64,000 nucleotides of DNA from an uncultured virus (IMG/VR IMGVR_UViG_3300032093_000024) (Duplodnaviria > Heunggongvirae > Uroviricota > Caudoviricetes): the IMG/VR virus record IMGVR_UViG_3300032093_000024. One strand, given 5' to 3'. Each line of letters begins with the position of its first letter. Within the stretch, counting starts at the first letter, position 1. A program made the translations under genes and the position numbers. The notes below the pieces were generated by a model. The model was not told where the DNA came from, made no database searches, and saw only the letters and a list, made by a program, of their open reading frames with translations. Below, piece after piece: positions 1 through 9,081 of this stretch.

Positions 1-167
1 TAAATTAAAGGTACTTTAAGTGTGTTACCATTTTCATCTAAATCAGGTATAATTACAGATGACATATAATCGGCAATAGTAGAGTCAACATCAATTAGAG
101 AAACTCCTTTGATATATTTTTTTTCTATTGGTAATTGTTTTGCTCTATTTTTTTCTTTATTATCCAT
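1..167 (-). CDS. Tail terminator / sheath stabilizer-like protein (T4 gp15-like), partial, runs off the window start
   Basis: Not in the ORF track. ATG at 167-165 overlaps the upstream stop (TAATG). It reads MDNKEKNRAKQLPIEKKYIKGVSLIDVDSTIADYMSSVIIPDLDENGNTLKVPLI and is open to the edge. The KVPL motif and position after gp13/gp14-like genes fit gp15. Confidence 0.6.
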   Translation of the reverse strand, partial: MDNKEKNRAKQLPIEKKYIKGVSLIDVDSTIADYMSSVIIPDLDENGNTLKVPLI

Positions 168-628
168 TATATTGTTCTCATTTCAGTTTGTATTGCGCTT
201 CTTCTAGTCATAAACGTAGAACAAACAATTGAAAATCTTTCATCTTCACCAACTCTACCACCAACTAATTGGTCTTCTCTAACATTATCAATTTCAAAAT
301 ACCCGTCATTATGGTAAATAATATCACCAATTTCAGGATAAAAATCTTTTTCTTTTAAAGTAAATCTATTAAAGCGAAATTCAACATTTTGAGAAACATC
401 AGAACCAAATCCTTCATAATTTGATGTAGTATCTTCTCTTTGAATTATAGCACTACATTCAACACCTTGATAAAATGTTTTATTCAAAGATTCTCCATAT
501 AAATTGGTTGTACTGTTTTCTATAATTAATTTATATAAAACTACAGTAGTTTCTACTACTGCATCAACTAATTCTCTAGATATACCTTCAAAAAATTTTA
601 TATCTCTTGTTAGTGCAAAACGTGCCAT
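167..628 (-). CDS. Head completion / neck protein (T4 gp14-like)
   Basis: NLYGE and PEIGDII..YFEI motifs; directly follows the gp13-like gene. Confidence 0.7.
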   Translation of the reverse strand: MARFALTRDIKFFEGISRELVDAVVETTVVLYKLIIENSTTNLYGESLNKTFYQGVECSAIIQREDTTSNYEGFGSDVSQNVEFRFNRFTLKEKDFYPEIGDIIYHNDGYFEIDNVREDQLVGGRVGEDERFSIVCSTFMTRRSAIQTEMRTI

Positions 629-632
629 AATA

Positions 633-1799
633 TTAACCTATATAAATTGGAAGAGGAACTTTTCGTAACATTTCTTGATGAGCCGTAGCTTCAGTATTTC
701 TATTTTCAAATTGCTTTGTTCTCTCTAATTCTGCTAAAGTTTCTCTCAATTGTGTCATTAAGTTTTCTTTTTCCGTTGTTGCTTCTGCTCTCAACGCGGC
801 TCCATCCAAACTAATTTCGGAACCAGGAATTGGAATTTGAGAATATTTTTCTCTCACAGCACCCAATAGTTCTTTTACTAAAGCCAATGTATATTTTCTA
901 ATCCATTGTTTACCCACATCATTAATACCATTGTATTCCATAAAATCATATGGAATATCCGAATAATCCGAAATAACATTTGATGTTATTGATGTTGAAT
1001 TTTCAGTAAAATCATCTTTTACAAAATAATCAAAATATAATCTTCCGTATAAATTTACCTGTTGAGAGGTTGGTTTTGGAAATACTCTTATTTTACCATT
1101 TACAATATTGAAAGTAAATGCCGATTTTCTGAATTGGTCATTAAATTCAATTGCCTGAATTCTTAACATATCTTCAAATATTGGCATCAATATAAATTGT
1201 GCCGCTGGAGAATATGAACCAAATCCAAATTCGTCAATAAGGTTTAATGTACCCTGTCCACTTACTGAATATGGGTCAAAGAATCTATTGATTGCAGGTA
1301 CTGGTTCGTGGAATACTTTTACAATTTCTATTCGTTTTCCACTTTCAGAAACAGCTGACCATAATGTATCCAAATCATATTCTTGTTTACCAGGAACCAA
1401 TTCAACATATCCTTTTTTGATATCGGTATTTCCACCAACACCAACTAATGTACCATATGCATCAGAAATTGAAATAAGTGTTGGAAGGTTTGAACCTTGT
1501 ACTAATTTACTTGTAAGTGAATTTGCTTTTGATTTACCACGTAATGTATCTAAATTATTACGAATATTAAATTGATTTACCTGTGCGCCATATTCGGAAA
1601 TTGATTCCTCAAAGCATGCATAGAAATTTTCATCTATTAATTCTATATTTTGGATAGGATATCCCAATCTTCTAGCACACCAAAGTGCCACTTTTGGAGC
1701 ATCTTCTTGGAATTCATAATCAGTATCATAAATTCCAAAAGGTGTCTGACCTGGGAAAAACGATGAAGAACCAGGATATACGAGTGTTTCTAATGCCAT
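633..1799 (-). CDS. Neck / head-tail adaptor protein (T4 gp13-like)
   Basis: RRLGYP..IEL, WIRKYTLALVKE.LG..R.KY..IP.PG..I.LDG and C-terminal PLPIYIG motifs. Confidence 0.8.
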   Translation of the reverse strand: MALETLVYPGSSSFFPGQTPFGIYDTDYEFQEDAPKVALWCARRLGYPIQNIELIDENFYACFEESISEYGAQVNQFNIRNNLDTLRGKSKANSLTSKLVQGSNLPTLISISDAYGTLVGVGGNTDIKKGYVELVPGKQEYDLDTLWSAVSESGKRIEIVKVFHEPVPAINRFFDPYSVSGQGTLNLIDEFGFGSYSPAAQFILMPIFEDMLRIQAIEFNDQFRKSAFTFNIVNGKIRVFPKPTSQQVNLYGRLYFDYFVKDDFTENSTSITSNVISDYSDIPYDFMEYNGINDVGKQWIRKYTLALVKELLGAVREKYSQIPIPGSEISLDGAALRAEATTEKENLMTQLRETLAELERTKQFENRNTEATAHQEMLRKVPLPIYIG

Positions 1800-1824
1800 T
1801 ATAAGTACTTATTTTAACGTTACC

Positions 1825-1833
1825 TATAAATAT
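1825..1833 (-). promoter_or_regulatory. Putative late promoter motif ATATTTATA
   Basis: Upstream of the ATG at 1799; one of 18 recurrent intergenic copies. Confidence 0.65.
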
Positions 1834-1861
1834 TAGAAAAGGGAAGTTTAGTTATTTGGGA

Positions 1862-2167
1862 TTAATTATCCAATTGTTTCCATTGTCCACCATCCCATCC
1901 ATAGAAATGAGAATCGGTTGTATTAAAGTAAAGTGCTCCAGAGTTTGGTGAAGATGGAGCAGATACATGGTTTGGTAAAATAATACTAGCGCTTACGTTT
2001 AAAGAACCACTTATTGTTTGATTACCAATAAATGTATTTGAACCAGTTGTTGCAAAAGATGCAGATTCAATTGAGAATCCAGACGTGCCAGATGTCCCAC
2101 TTTTACCAGAAACTCCTGCAGTTGATATAGTTACCTGTGTAAGATTATTTGTTACTGTTACTGACAT
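1862..2167 (-). CDS. Small virion structural protein (fibre/decoration-like)
   Basis: SGTSGTSG repeat, TGSNTFIGNQTISGSL fibre-type repeat, and C-terminal GALYFNT..FYGWDG..W module. Confidence 0.5.
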   Translation of the reverse strand: MSVTVTNNLTQVTISTAGVSGKSGTSGTSGFSIESASFATTGSNTFIGNQTISGSLNVSASIILPNHVSAPSSPNSGALYFNTTDSHFYGWDGGQWKQLDN

Positions 2168-2168
2168 A

Positions 2169-2549
2169 TTATCTAGTTACGTTTTTAGATAGTTTTACTT
2201 TTCCTTCTAATAATCTTGTAACTTCATTTCCTTTACACATTTCCAAATCATAATAAGCTTCACCAAAATTTAGTACTGATGAAGATACAGCGGATATATA
2301 AATTGCTAATGAACCACTAGCCAAAGGTGTAATACCATTTGAACCACTTAAATTAATACCAGTACCATCTGCTTTAAGTGAAGATGATAATGAAAGAAAT
2401 ACATCAGAAGATTCCACACCTGGTCTAATTTGCATTCTACTATGATAACCAGTTAGGTCTATTGCAGAACCACTTACATCCGTCCAATTTATTTGAATAT
2501 TTGTAGTTGCTCCTTGCTCAATTACAAAAGAATATTTACCAGCTGCCAT
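2169..2549 (-). CDS. Virion structural protein, Ig-like (BppU N-terminal-like)
   Basis: IEQGAT..IDLTGY..RMQIR..YYDLE..RLLEG.V pattern typical of phage adaptor/decoration proteins. Confidence 0.55.
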   Translation of the reverse strand: MAAGKYSFVIEQGATTNIQINWTDVSGSAIDLTGYHSRMQIRPGVESSDVFLSLSSSLKADGTGINLSGSNGITPLASGSLAIYISAVSSSVLNFGEAYYDLEMCKGNEVTRLLEGKVKLSKNVTR

Positions 2550-2569
2550 ATATTTAAAGAGTTTACCAT

Positions 2570-2578
2570 TATAAATAT
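2570..2578 (-). promoter_or_regulatory. Putative late promoter motif ATATTTATA
   Basis: Upstream of the ATG at 2549, right after the capsid terminator. Confidence 0.65.
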
Positions 2579-2603
2579 AAAATTTAAAGAAACGGATAAA
2601 AAT

Positions 2604-2634
2604 AAAAAAGGGAGTGATTTCTCACCCCCTTTTT
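2604..2634 (-). terminator. Rho-independent terminator after the major capsid gene
   Basis: Minus strand GGGGGUGA-GAAA-UCACUCCC followed by a U run. Confidence 0.85.
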
Positions 2635-2665
2635 ATTATTGAACTATTACGTTAGATTCCAATTA

Positions 2666-4357
2666 TTAGATTCTAGATAAATCTTTAACCAAAATCTTAC
2701 CATAGAATTCAGGACGAACCATCTTCTTAGCGTAACGAGTCATAACTCCACGTCTTGGTGTGAAGTTCTGAGGGTCATACACTAATGGAGTCATAATCAA
2801 TGGTACATATGGAGCGTAAACAGCACCTGTTTCCAAGAAGTTATTACCTCTGAAACCTAACAAGATTTCGTTAGAAGTCATATAAGGATTCTTATAAACA
2901 GTGTATCTGTTACTCATAGAACCTACTGCAGTTACACCAGCTGCGAATTGTAAAGCGTCTTTATCAGCGTTTACAGTGAAGCCAGGAATTGATTCCAAAA
3001 TAGTACATACATCTGGAGATGCAACCAAGAAGTTAGCACCACCACGTAAAGTCAACTGATGAATCTTGTTAGATACTTTGTTGATTTTTACGCCTAATGT
3101 TTGATACCAAGAATTCTTTGTATAGTATGTATTTGCGCCAGAAGGTACTGAAGAACCCCATGCAGCTTGACCAGTTGCACCGTTGTTCAAATACTCTTCG
3201 CCGATTGTTGCTGACCAGTAATCAACAGTCAATGCGTTGCTCTTTAACATATCTAAAATTTCCAAATCAATCTCTAAAGAGATATAATCTGATAACATAG
3301 AAGTTAATTCAGCTTCTGCATCAATTGAGTGGTAAGCGTTTAAGTCTTGCGCTAATTCAGGAGTCCATACTGCTTTCAACTTACGAGTCTTAGCAACGAT
3401 AGCCTCACTTCTTAATTCAAGATCAATTTCTGGAATATCTAAAGCAGTGATAGTTGTACCGTTTGCAGATTCATCTTCAAAATCACCTCTTACAGCTGCA
3501 GTTGGTTGTTGATGGTATTTTACAATTACATTATCGTTACCTGTAGTTGCTGCACCAGCAGAAGCAGATACGAAGAAAATATAATTAGTACCACTTACAT
3601 ATGCAAACTGACCAAAGTTAGTGATTTCACCAGCTGCTGGTTTGTGATAAGGGTTAGAAGCTTCTGAACCAGAAACTACGAATGCAGAAATACCATTTGC
3701 ATCAGGTCTAGTGAAAGATGCTGCTGGTACAGTCAATTTAACGATTTGACCTGCTGCACAAGATGCAGAAAGCGCACCGTCAAATCCGATTTCAGACCAA
3801 GAAGCTGAAACGATACCAGTTGTGTGAGCGATTGTCACTGCTGAAGTTTCAGTATCATTGATTGAGAAACCATAACGGCCATTACCATAAAGACCGTTTA
3901 CAGCTGCATCAGTTCTACCGAAATCGGCATCGTTTGCAGCAGAACCACCATTACCACCGAACAATGATTTACCATTGAAACCAGGTTGTCCAGCTTGTGA
4001 TGTTCCGTATTTAAAATCCAAGAAGAATACAAGACCAGAAGGTAAGTTCATTGGTTGTACACTTACGAACTCTTTCGCAGCGATTTCACCAAAAATTCTT
4101 CTTACCAATGGTAATGCAACTCCTGACCACTCTTCACTTCCACCAGAAGCGTTTCCAGTACCAGTTTGAGTAGCTTCATCAAGCAATTGTTTTGCTTGGT
4201 TTTCTAACAACACTGCCATAGAGTGTTGCTCTCTTTCTTTTAAACCTTCAAGAAGACCAGTTTTTTCCCACTTGCTTTTCAATTGACGTGTTTCAGCCAA
4301 CATTACTTGTTGTGGGTTTCTGCCTTCCATAAGTTTACTTAAATCAAAATTTGCCAT
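2666..4357 (-). CDS. Major capsid protein (T4 gp23-like)
   Basis: LLENQ, LPLVRR, VQPMNLPSGLVF, AKTRKLKAVWTPELAQDL.AYH.IDAEAEL, YAPYVPL and GVMTRY motifs. Confidence 0.97.
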   Translation of the reverse strand: MANFDLSKLMEGRNPQQVMLAETRQLKSKWEKTGLLEGLKEREQHSMAVLLENQAKQLLDEATQTGTGNASGGSEEWSGVALPLVRRIFGEIAAKEFVSVQPMNLPSGLVFFLDFKYGTSQAGQPGFNGKSLFGGNGGSAANDADFGRTDAAVNGLYGNGRYGFSINDTETSAVTIAHTTGIVSASWSEIGFDGALSASCAAGQIVKLTVPAASFTRPDANGISAFVVSGSEASNPYHKPAAGEITNFGQFAYVSGTNYIFFVSASAGAATTGNDNVIVKYHQQPTAAVRGDFEDESANGTTITALDIPEIDLELRSEAIVAKTRKLKAVWTPELAQDLNAYHSIDAEAELTSMLSDYISLEIDLEILDMLKSNALTVDYWSATIGEEYLNNGATGQAAWGSSVPSGANTYYTKNSWYQTLGVKINKVSNKIHQLTLRGGANFLVASPDVCTILESIPGFTVNADKDALQFAAGVTAVGSMSNRYTVYKNPYMTSNEILLGFRGNNFLETGAVYAPYVPLIMTPLVYDPQNFTPRRGVMTRYAKKMVRPEFYGKILVKDLSRI

Positions 4358-4381
4358 TTTTTATTATTTTTTATGGATTGT

Positions 4382-5497
4382 TTATTTTACGATACCAGCT
4401 AATTGCTTAAAGCGGTTAGCTAATTCGTTTGAGCTTTCAGCGATGATTTCTTTCTTTGGAGCTGTTGTAGCTTGTGGCTTAGAAGCAAACCCTTCGGTCA
4501 TTGTCTTCTTAGCTGCTACTTTTCTTTCAGTACCAGTGAACTTCATGCTTTCTGCTAAAGTTGCGTAAACCAATTTAACTTCTCTTACAGAAGTTGTTCT
4601 GTCTAAATTCTCAACTACTTTTACTTTTTGTTCGTTAGTTAAGTTGTAAGAACGGAACAATTTGTTTGCGAAAAGTAATTTTGCATTTAACAAATTTACT
4701 TCGTTGATAGTTGATTTCAAAGATTTGATTGTAGAAATTGCTTCTTTTAACTCAGCTTGAAGTTTTTCTTTTTCTTCATCATGTGCTGGTTCTTCAGCTT
4801 CTTCAACTTTTTCTTCGTCATCACCATATCCCATTTCACGTAAGATTTCATCTAAATCAATTTCTTCTTCATCGTGAGATGGTTCTTCAGTTGGAACTTC
4901 TTCAGCTTCAACTGCAGGTTCAGCAGCTACTGGTTCTTCAACCGGTGCTTCTTCACCTTCTACTGCTGGTTCTTCAGCTGGAACTTCTTCCTCGCCTTCT
5001 CCTGCAATTTGTGCTTCTAATTCTTTAATGATAGCTTCTAAATCTAACTCATCTTCGTCAGACTCTTCTTCTTCACCACCGAAATCATCAGCATCTTCTT
5101 CACCTTCTACTGCAAACTCTGAAGATTCTTCTACTTTTTCTTCTTCATCGTCAGCTTCGTTTAGGTCTTTAACTTTATCGTAGTCTTCTACCTCTGAACC
5201 TACTTCGCCAGATTGTTTAGAAATACCACTTAAGTCAGTGTCAGCATCGTTAGCTTTTGCTGCTGGTTGTTTGTTATCACCACCACCAATTTCACTTGAT
5301 ACATCGTTATTCTCTTCAACTTTATCTTCAACTTCTTCTTCTTCTTCATTCATTTCTGCCTGAAGTTTTTTTGAAAGTATAGATTGTAATCTTGGAGTAA
5401 ACGCTTCTTCAAGAGCGATTTTAGCGTTAGCAATAGCAGTTTCACGCACAGCTTTAGCATCAGCGATTGCTTCTTTCAAAAGTTTTGAACTTGCCAT
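4382..5497 (-). CDS. Prohead scaffolding/core protein (T4 gp22-like); likely start MASSKLL at 5497
   Basis: Very acidic, E-rich coiled-coil protein immediately upstream of the capsid gene. The upstream extension in the ORF track overlaps a hairpin-rich leader. Confidence 0.8.
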   Translation of the reverse strand: MASSKLLKEAIADAKAVRETAIANAKIALEEAFTPRLQSILSKKLQAEMNEEEEEVEDKVEENNDVSSEIGGGDNKQPAAKANDADTDLSGISKQSGEVGSEVEDYDKVKDLNEADDEEEKVEESSEFAVEGEEDADDFGGEEEESDEDELDLEAIIKELEAQIAGEGEEEVPAEEPAVEGEEAPVEEPVAAEPAVEAEEVPTEEPSHDEEEIDLDEILREMGYGDDEEKVEEAEEPAHDEEKEKLQAELKEAISTIKSLKSTINEVNLLNAKLLFANKLFRSYNLTNEQKVKVVENLDRTTSVREVKLVYATLAESMKFTGTERKVAAKKTMTEGFASKPQATTAPKKEIIAESSNELANRFKQLAGIVK

Positions 5498-5516
5498 TTT
5501 TTCCTTATTATTAGGA

Positions 5517-5635
5517 TTTCTTAAGCTATTGTAATGTGAGCTTAAATAGAATTGTTTGATTGGCTTTTTGGTCACTTCTCATAAAACGAGAGTATTCATT
5601 TACCAATAAAAAACGCATATAGAAATGCGTTATTG
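5517..5635 (-). promoter_or_regulatory. Structured 5' leader of the scaffold-capsid operon (three hairpins)
   Basis: Inverted repeats at 5612-5618/5625-5631, 5577-5580/5588-5591 and 5521-5527/5539-5545, between the promoter motif (5640-5647) and the ATG at 5497. Confidence 0.5.
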
Positions 5636-5639
5636 TATC

Positions 5640-5648
5640 AATAAATAT
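5640..5648 (-). promoter_or_regulatory. Putative late promoter motif ATATTTATT
   Basis: Upstream of the scaffold-capsid leader. Confidence 0.6.
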
Positions 5649-5686
5649 ACAATAATTAACAAAAACGTAATTTTCTAAAGAAATTT

Positions 5687-7006
5687 TTAGAAAAGATAAA
5701 TGTATGATGGGTATTTATCGTCTTTTAATTTTTGACGAATTCTTTCATCTGAACATCCAAAGTGTTCTCCGGCCTCTTTAAGAGAATAAAATTGTAAACC
5801 TTCACATTCAATAATTGGAAGTTGAATATCTATTTTTGAACGATGTTGAAGTTCAATCATTTCATCATAACTTATATCGTTACGATTTACTTTTACCCAA
5901 TGACGATATGTTGGATTATTTGATTCAAAGTAATTTCTAGCTTCAGATTCTTCAATTCCCAATTTTTCTGCAACCTGTTTTGGATTCTCAAAAGGAACTC
6001 CACTAATTTCGTATTTAATTGTTGGATTAGTTTCTTCACCAATTACTTGCCAATCTTTATATTTTGATTTTGTACTTCGGCATCTTCTCTCTACTTCAGA
6101 TGCAACTAAATTATTTGGGTCAATAGATATTGCAGCTTCTCTAAAACTTCTATATGATACACCATCAACAATGCACATAAAGTTATCACCATTATTAATA
6201 ACTTCGGTTGCTACATCCGGATTACCCTTTACGAATACTAATATGTTTTGATGAACCGATGCTATTTTACGATTTCTTTCAAAATATGTATCAACCACTC
6301 TGGATGCCTGATGTTGTGAATTGAACAAAACCATATCATTATAGAAGTGCAATCCTGCTTCTTCACACGCTCTAATTGTTTTCCAAACTAATCCTTTATA
6401 CTTCCCAATCTTATAATTTCCAGTTACCGATTGTTCTCTCACTTCGGATACAACTACTGCAAAGAACCGATTATCTTTTAATTTTCTTGCAGCTTTGTTA
6501 AGAATTGAATAATACTTTTTATCAAACGAATCTTCATCCATATTTGAAAGGTCAGCCGGGTCATCGGTATATTTCTCTAAATCATAGTAAGGTGGACAAG
6601 TAAAAACAAAGTCCTGAGTTTTATCCTGTATAGAATCAATTACCCACTCACTATCACCTTGTATCCAATTTGGTTTTTGAGATTGTTTTTTATTTGCTTC
6701 TATTTGTTCATCGGAAAGGTCAATACCATTGTAGATAAATCCCATTTCAGTTGCAACAATACCTCTTACACTACCACCCGCAAATGGGTCTAATACTCTA
6801 CCTTCTTTTGGACAGAACCACTCATACATCTTTTCACAAAGTGTTGCATCAAATATAGAAACGGTATTATCTTCCCAAAAACGGGCTCTGGATTCGGTAT
6901 TCTCTCTACCTAATTCTGATTGAATATTATAGGTGTTAATCCACCATCTTTTACGTTCTTGCCACTCTTTAGAACGAGTGTCTAAAATAGAGAAAGGTTT
7001 AATCAT
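5687..7006 (-). CDS. Amino (N6A/N4C-type) DNA methyltransferase with three C-terminal NUMOD1-like DNA-binding repeats; likely start 7006
   Basis: Motif I VLDPFAGG and motif IV TCPPY. C-terminal repeats DGVSYRSFREAA, SGVPFENPKQVAEKLGI and EGLQFYSLKEAGEHFG. Confidence 0.8.
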   Translation of the reverse strand: MIKPFSILDTRSKEWQERKRWWINTYNIQSELGRENTESRARFWEDNTVSIFDATLCEKMYEWFCPKEGRVLDPFAGGSVRGIVATEMGFIYNGIDLSDEQIEANKKQSQKPNWIQGDSEWVIDSIQDKTQDFVFTCPPYYDLEKYTDDPADLSNMDEDSFDKKYYSILNKAARKLKDNRFFAVVVSEVREQSVTGNYKIGKYKGLVWKTIRACEEAGLHFYNDMVLFNSQHQASRVVDTYFERNRKIASVHQNILVFVKGNPDVATEVINNGDNFMCIVDGVSYRSFREAAISIDPNNLVASEVERRCRSTKSKYKDWQVIGEETNPTIKYEISGVPFENPKQVAEKLGIEESEARNYFESNNPTYRHWVKVNRNDISYDEMIELQHRSKIDIQLPIIECEGLQFYSLKEAGEHFGCSDERIRQKLKDDKYPSYIYLF

Positions 7007-7010
7007 AACA

Positions 7011-7042
7011 CAAATATACAAAAAAAGTTTGGTAATTCCAAA
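7011..7042 (-). promoter_or_regulatory. Bacteroidota primary-sigma-type promoter for the methyltransferase gene
   Basis: Minus strand TTTG-N20-TATATTTG, matching the TTTG..TAnnTTTG consensus; 4 nt from the ATG. Confidence 0.75.
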
Positions 7043-7047
7043 CTTTT
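7021..7047 (-). terminator. Possible terminator hairpin overlapping the -33 element
   Basis: AAAAGTTTGG-n5-CCAAACTTTT inverted repeat ending in a U run, just after the 7059..7922 stop codon. Confidence 0.45.
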
Positions 7048-7058
7048 CTTTATATTTT

Positions 7059-7922
7059 TTAATCTATATTATTAGATAACTCAACATCTTTGTATAAATT
7101 GTTGAGATATTTTTCTTCAATATCCGCTAAATTTCTTCTTCTCATAGCCAATTCTTCCGTACCCTTTTTAAGTAACGGCATCATAGCTTCTTTTTTCTTT
7201 GGGTCTTTTTCTGCAAAATATTTAGCCGCTAATGATTTTTGTTTTTCTTCTAATTCTCTAACTTTCTTTTGTACAGCTGCATATTTTACATACATTTTTG
7301 GAACTCCACCGTATAACCCCGCTTCTTTAACTACTCCTTCTGGAACACAATTTGGAACTTGCTTTCCACCTTTATTCTTCATACCAACTTGCTTGTACCC
7401 TTTCCAACAAGGACCTGCTTCATTTACTGATTCGTATTTACTCTTATTTTTAGACCAATTGATAGTTGATATAGTAGCAGCGATATTAGCTTTAAGGTTT
7501 TCTTTTTCTTTAGGATGTTTAGCTTTTGTTAATAGGTACTGCAAATTCTTAACACTTTTTTCCATATCTCTAATTATGTCCGCTTCCCTATCCTCATTTA
7601 CTTGCTCATTTGAATCACCATATTCGTGGTAGTTAGAAGCCGCTTGAGAAATATAGTTTTCTGAATTAGTAATATGGTCTTGAATCCAAGCAGGTATCTG
7701 CTTTTCTTCTTCACCCATTTTTTGTTTTAATTCGGTTGCAGATTTAATAATAGAATCTAACTGATTTTGAGCCATAGAAACTTCGTGGTCTTCAGAACCT
7801 TCTGCTTCATTTACAGGTTTAAATGCAGTTGCGTATGGATTAGAATAAACTTTACCATATTCAAATTTCTTACCACCCATAGTGAAAGAACCCTTACCAG
7901 CTAAATCAGTCAAACGAATCAT
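7059..7922 (-). CDS. Hypothetical modular head/internal protein
   Basis: Short modules separated by VNE/VKE sites, including CWKGYKQVGMK.K.GK.VPNCVPE; lies in the head operon. Confidence 0.55.
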   Translation of the reverse strand: MIRLTDLAGKGSFTMGGKKFEYGKVYSNPYATAFKPVNEAEGSEDHEVSMAQNQLDSIIKSATELKQKMGEEEKQIPAWIQDHITNSENYISQAASNYHEYGDSNEQVNEDREADIIRDMEKSVKNLQYLLTKAKHPKEKENLKANIAATISTINWSKNKSKYESVNEAGPCWKGYKQVGMKNKGGKQVPNCVPEGVVKEAGLYGGVPKMYVKYAAVQKKVRELEEKQKSLAAKYFAEKDPKKKEAMMPLLKKGTEELAMRRRNLADIEEKYLNNLYKDVELSNNID

Positions 7923-7924
7923 TC

Positions 7925-8485
7925 TTATTTCTTTTTCATTGCAAGTCTTTCTCTCATTACATCAGTTGGGATGTCAGAGATTTCATAGTAACGATTTAGG
8001 ATGTGACCCATATCTTCATATAGAGCATGTAATCTTTCATCCATTGCTTTTGCTTCTACAGCGAACTTATCAAATTGCTTACCTAACTTATCCAACTCAC
8101 TCATATTTCTTTTTACAGTCTGAGCATCAAACCAATCGTTAGCTTCCCTTAATGATAATTCTTTTGCAGCTTCAGTAATAGCACCTAATGTTTCGGCAAT
8201 TTCAGTCATATCTGAATTACGTTTCATTTGGTCTTGGAAAGTGTTGTAAGTTGAAATGATTTCTAAAAAATGTTTTTTAACTTCTAGAGATAATTTTCTA
8301 TCAGGTTGTTGTAAATTCTCTTTTATAGAAAATTTACCATCAACAATTTTTACTTCACTTAATGCCGTTTTACGAATATCGTTATATGCTTTAGGAACTT
8401 TTGTACCATAAGATTGATTTTCTTTTTTAATTGAAAATCTATTATTATGCACATAATCGTATATATCAAATGTTTTTTTGCTCAT
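7925..8485 (-). CDS. Hypothetical prohead-associated helical protein
   Basis: ORF tightly coupled downstream of the protease gene. Confidence 0.5.
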   Translation of the reverse strand: MSKKTFDIYDYVHNNRFSIKKENQSYGTKVPKAYNDIRKTALSEVKIVDGKFSIKENLQQPDRKLSLEVKKHFLEIISTYNTFQDQMKRNSDMTEIAETLGAITEAAKELSLREANDWFDAQTVKRNMSELDKLGKQFDKFAVEAKAMDERLHALYEDMGHILNRYYEISDIPTDVMRERLAMKKK

Positions 8486-8486
8486 C

Positions 8487-9080
8487 TTATACTATTTCAG
8501 TTATTATTTCTCTCATTAAATCCTGTGCTTTGCAGTAATCACCACACGCATCAGTACCAATTTGTTTTAGTGGATTTACGGACTCATTCATTGGGACCAT
8601 AAATGCACCATGTGTAGATGGGTTAGAAACAAAATCCCAACCAATCAATTCAAAATCTTCTGCAACTTCTACTTTATTTGCACCCAAAGGTCTAGTTGAA
8701 CCCATTCCTCTAGATGATATACCCAATAGGATGCCCGCTTTTAATAATTCTTTTAAAATATTACCAGATGGTGTTCCTAAAATTTCTACTGTTCCACAAA
8801 GGTCATCGCCTTCCCACCAAATTTCTTTAATATTGTGCGATACATTTTTTAAGTTAATTACAGTAGAATCTGGATGGTCTAATTCACCCAATGCTCTACG
8901 TTCTTTAATAAATTGAAGATATTTTTTAGCTTCTCTTTCTAATATTGGTTTTGGATATACTCTACCATTTTGGTTTTCTGCTCCAGCTCTTTGTAGAACA
9001 CCTTTAACCAATACTCTCCCACCCTCATCTTCTTTGAGTTTACCTTCAAATAATTGTGTTTCTATTAAGAGTGATTTCAT
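8487..9080 (-). CDS. Prohead maturation protease (T4 gp21-like)
   Basis: NQNGRVYP, ALGELDHP, VSH, LGTPSG, GISSRGMGS and DFVSNPS motifs. Confidence 0.95.
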   Translation of the reverse strand: MKSLLIETQLFEGKLKEDEGGRVLVKGVLQRAGAENQNGRVYPKPILEREAKKYLQFIKERRALGELDHPDSTVINLKNVSHNIKEIWWEGDDLCGTVEILGTPSGNILKELLKAGILLGISSRGMGSTRPLGANKVEVAEDFELIGWDFVSNPSTHGAFMVPMNESVNPLKQIGTDACGDYCKAQDLMREIITEIV

Positions 9081-9081
9081 A

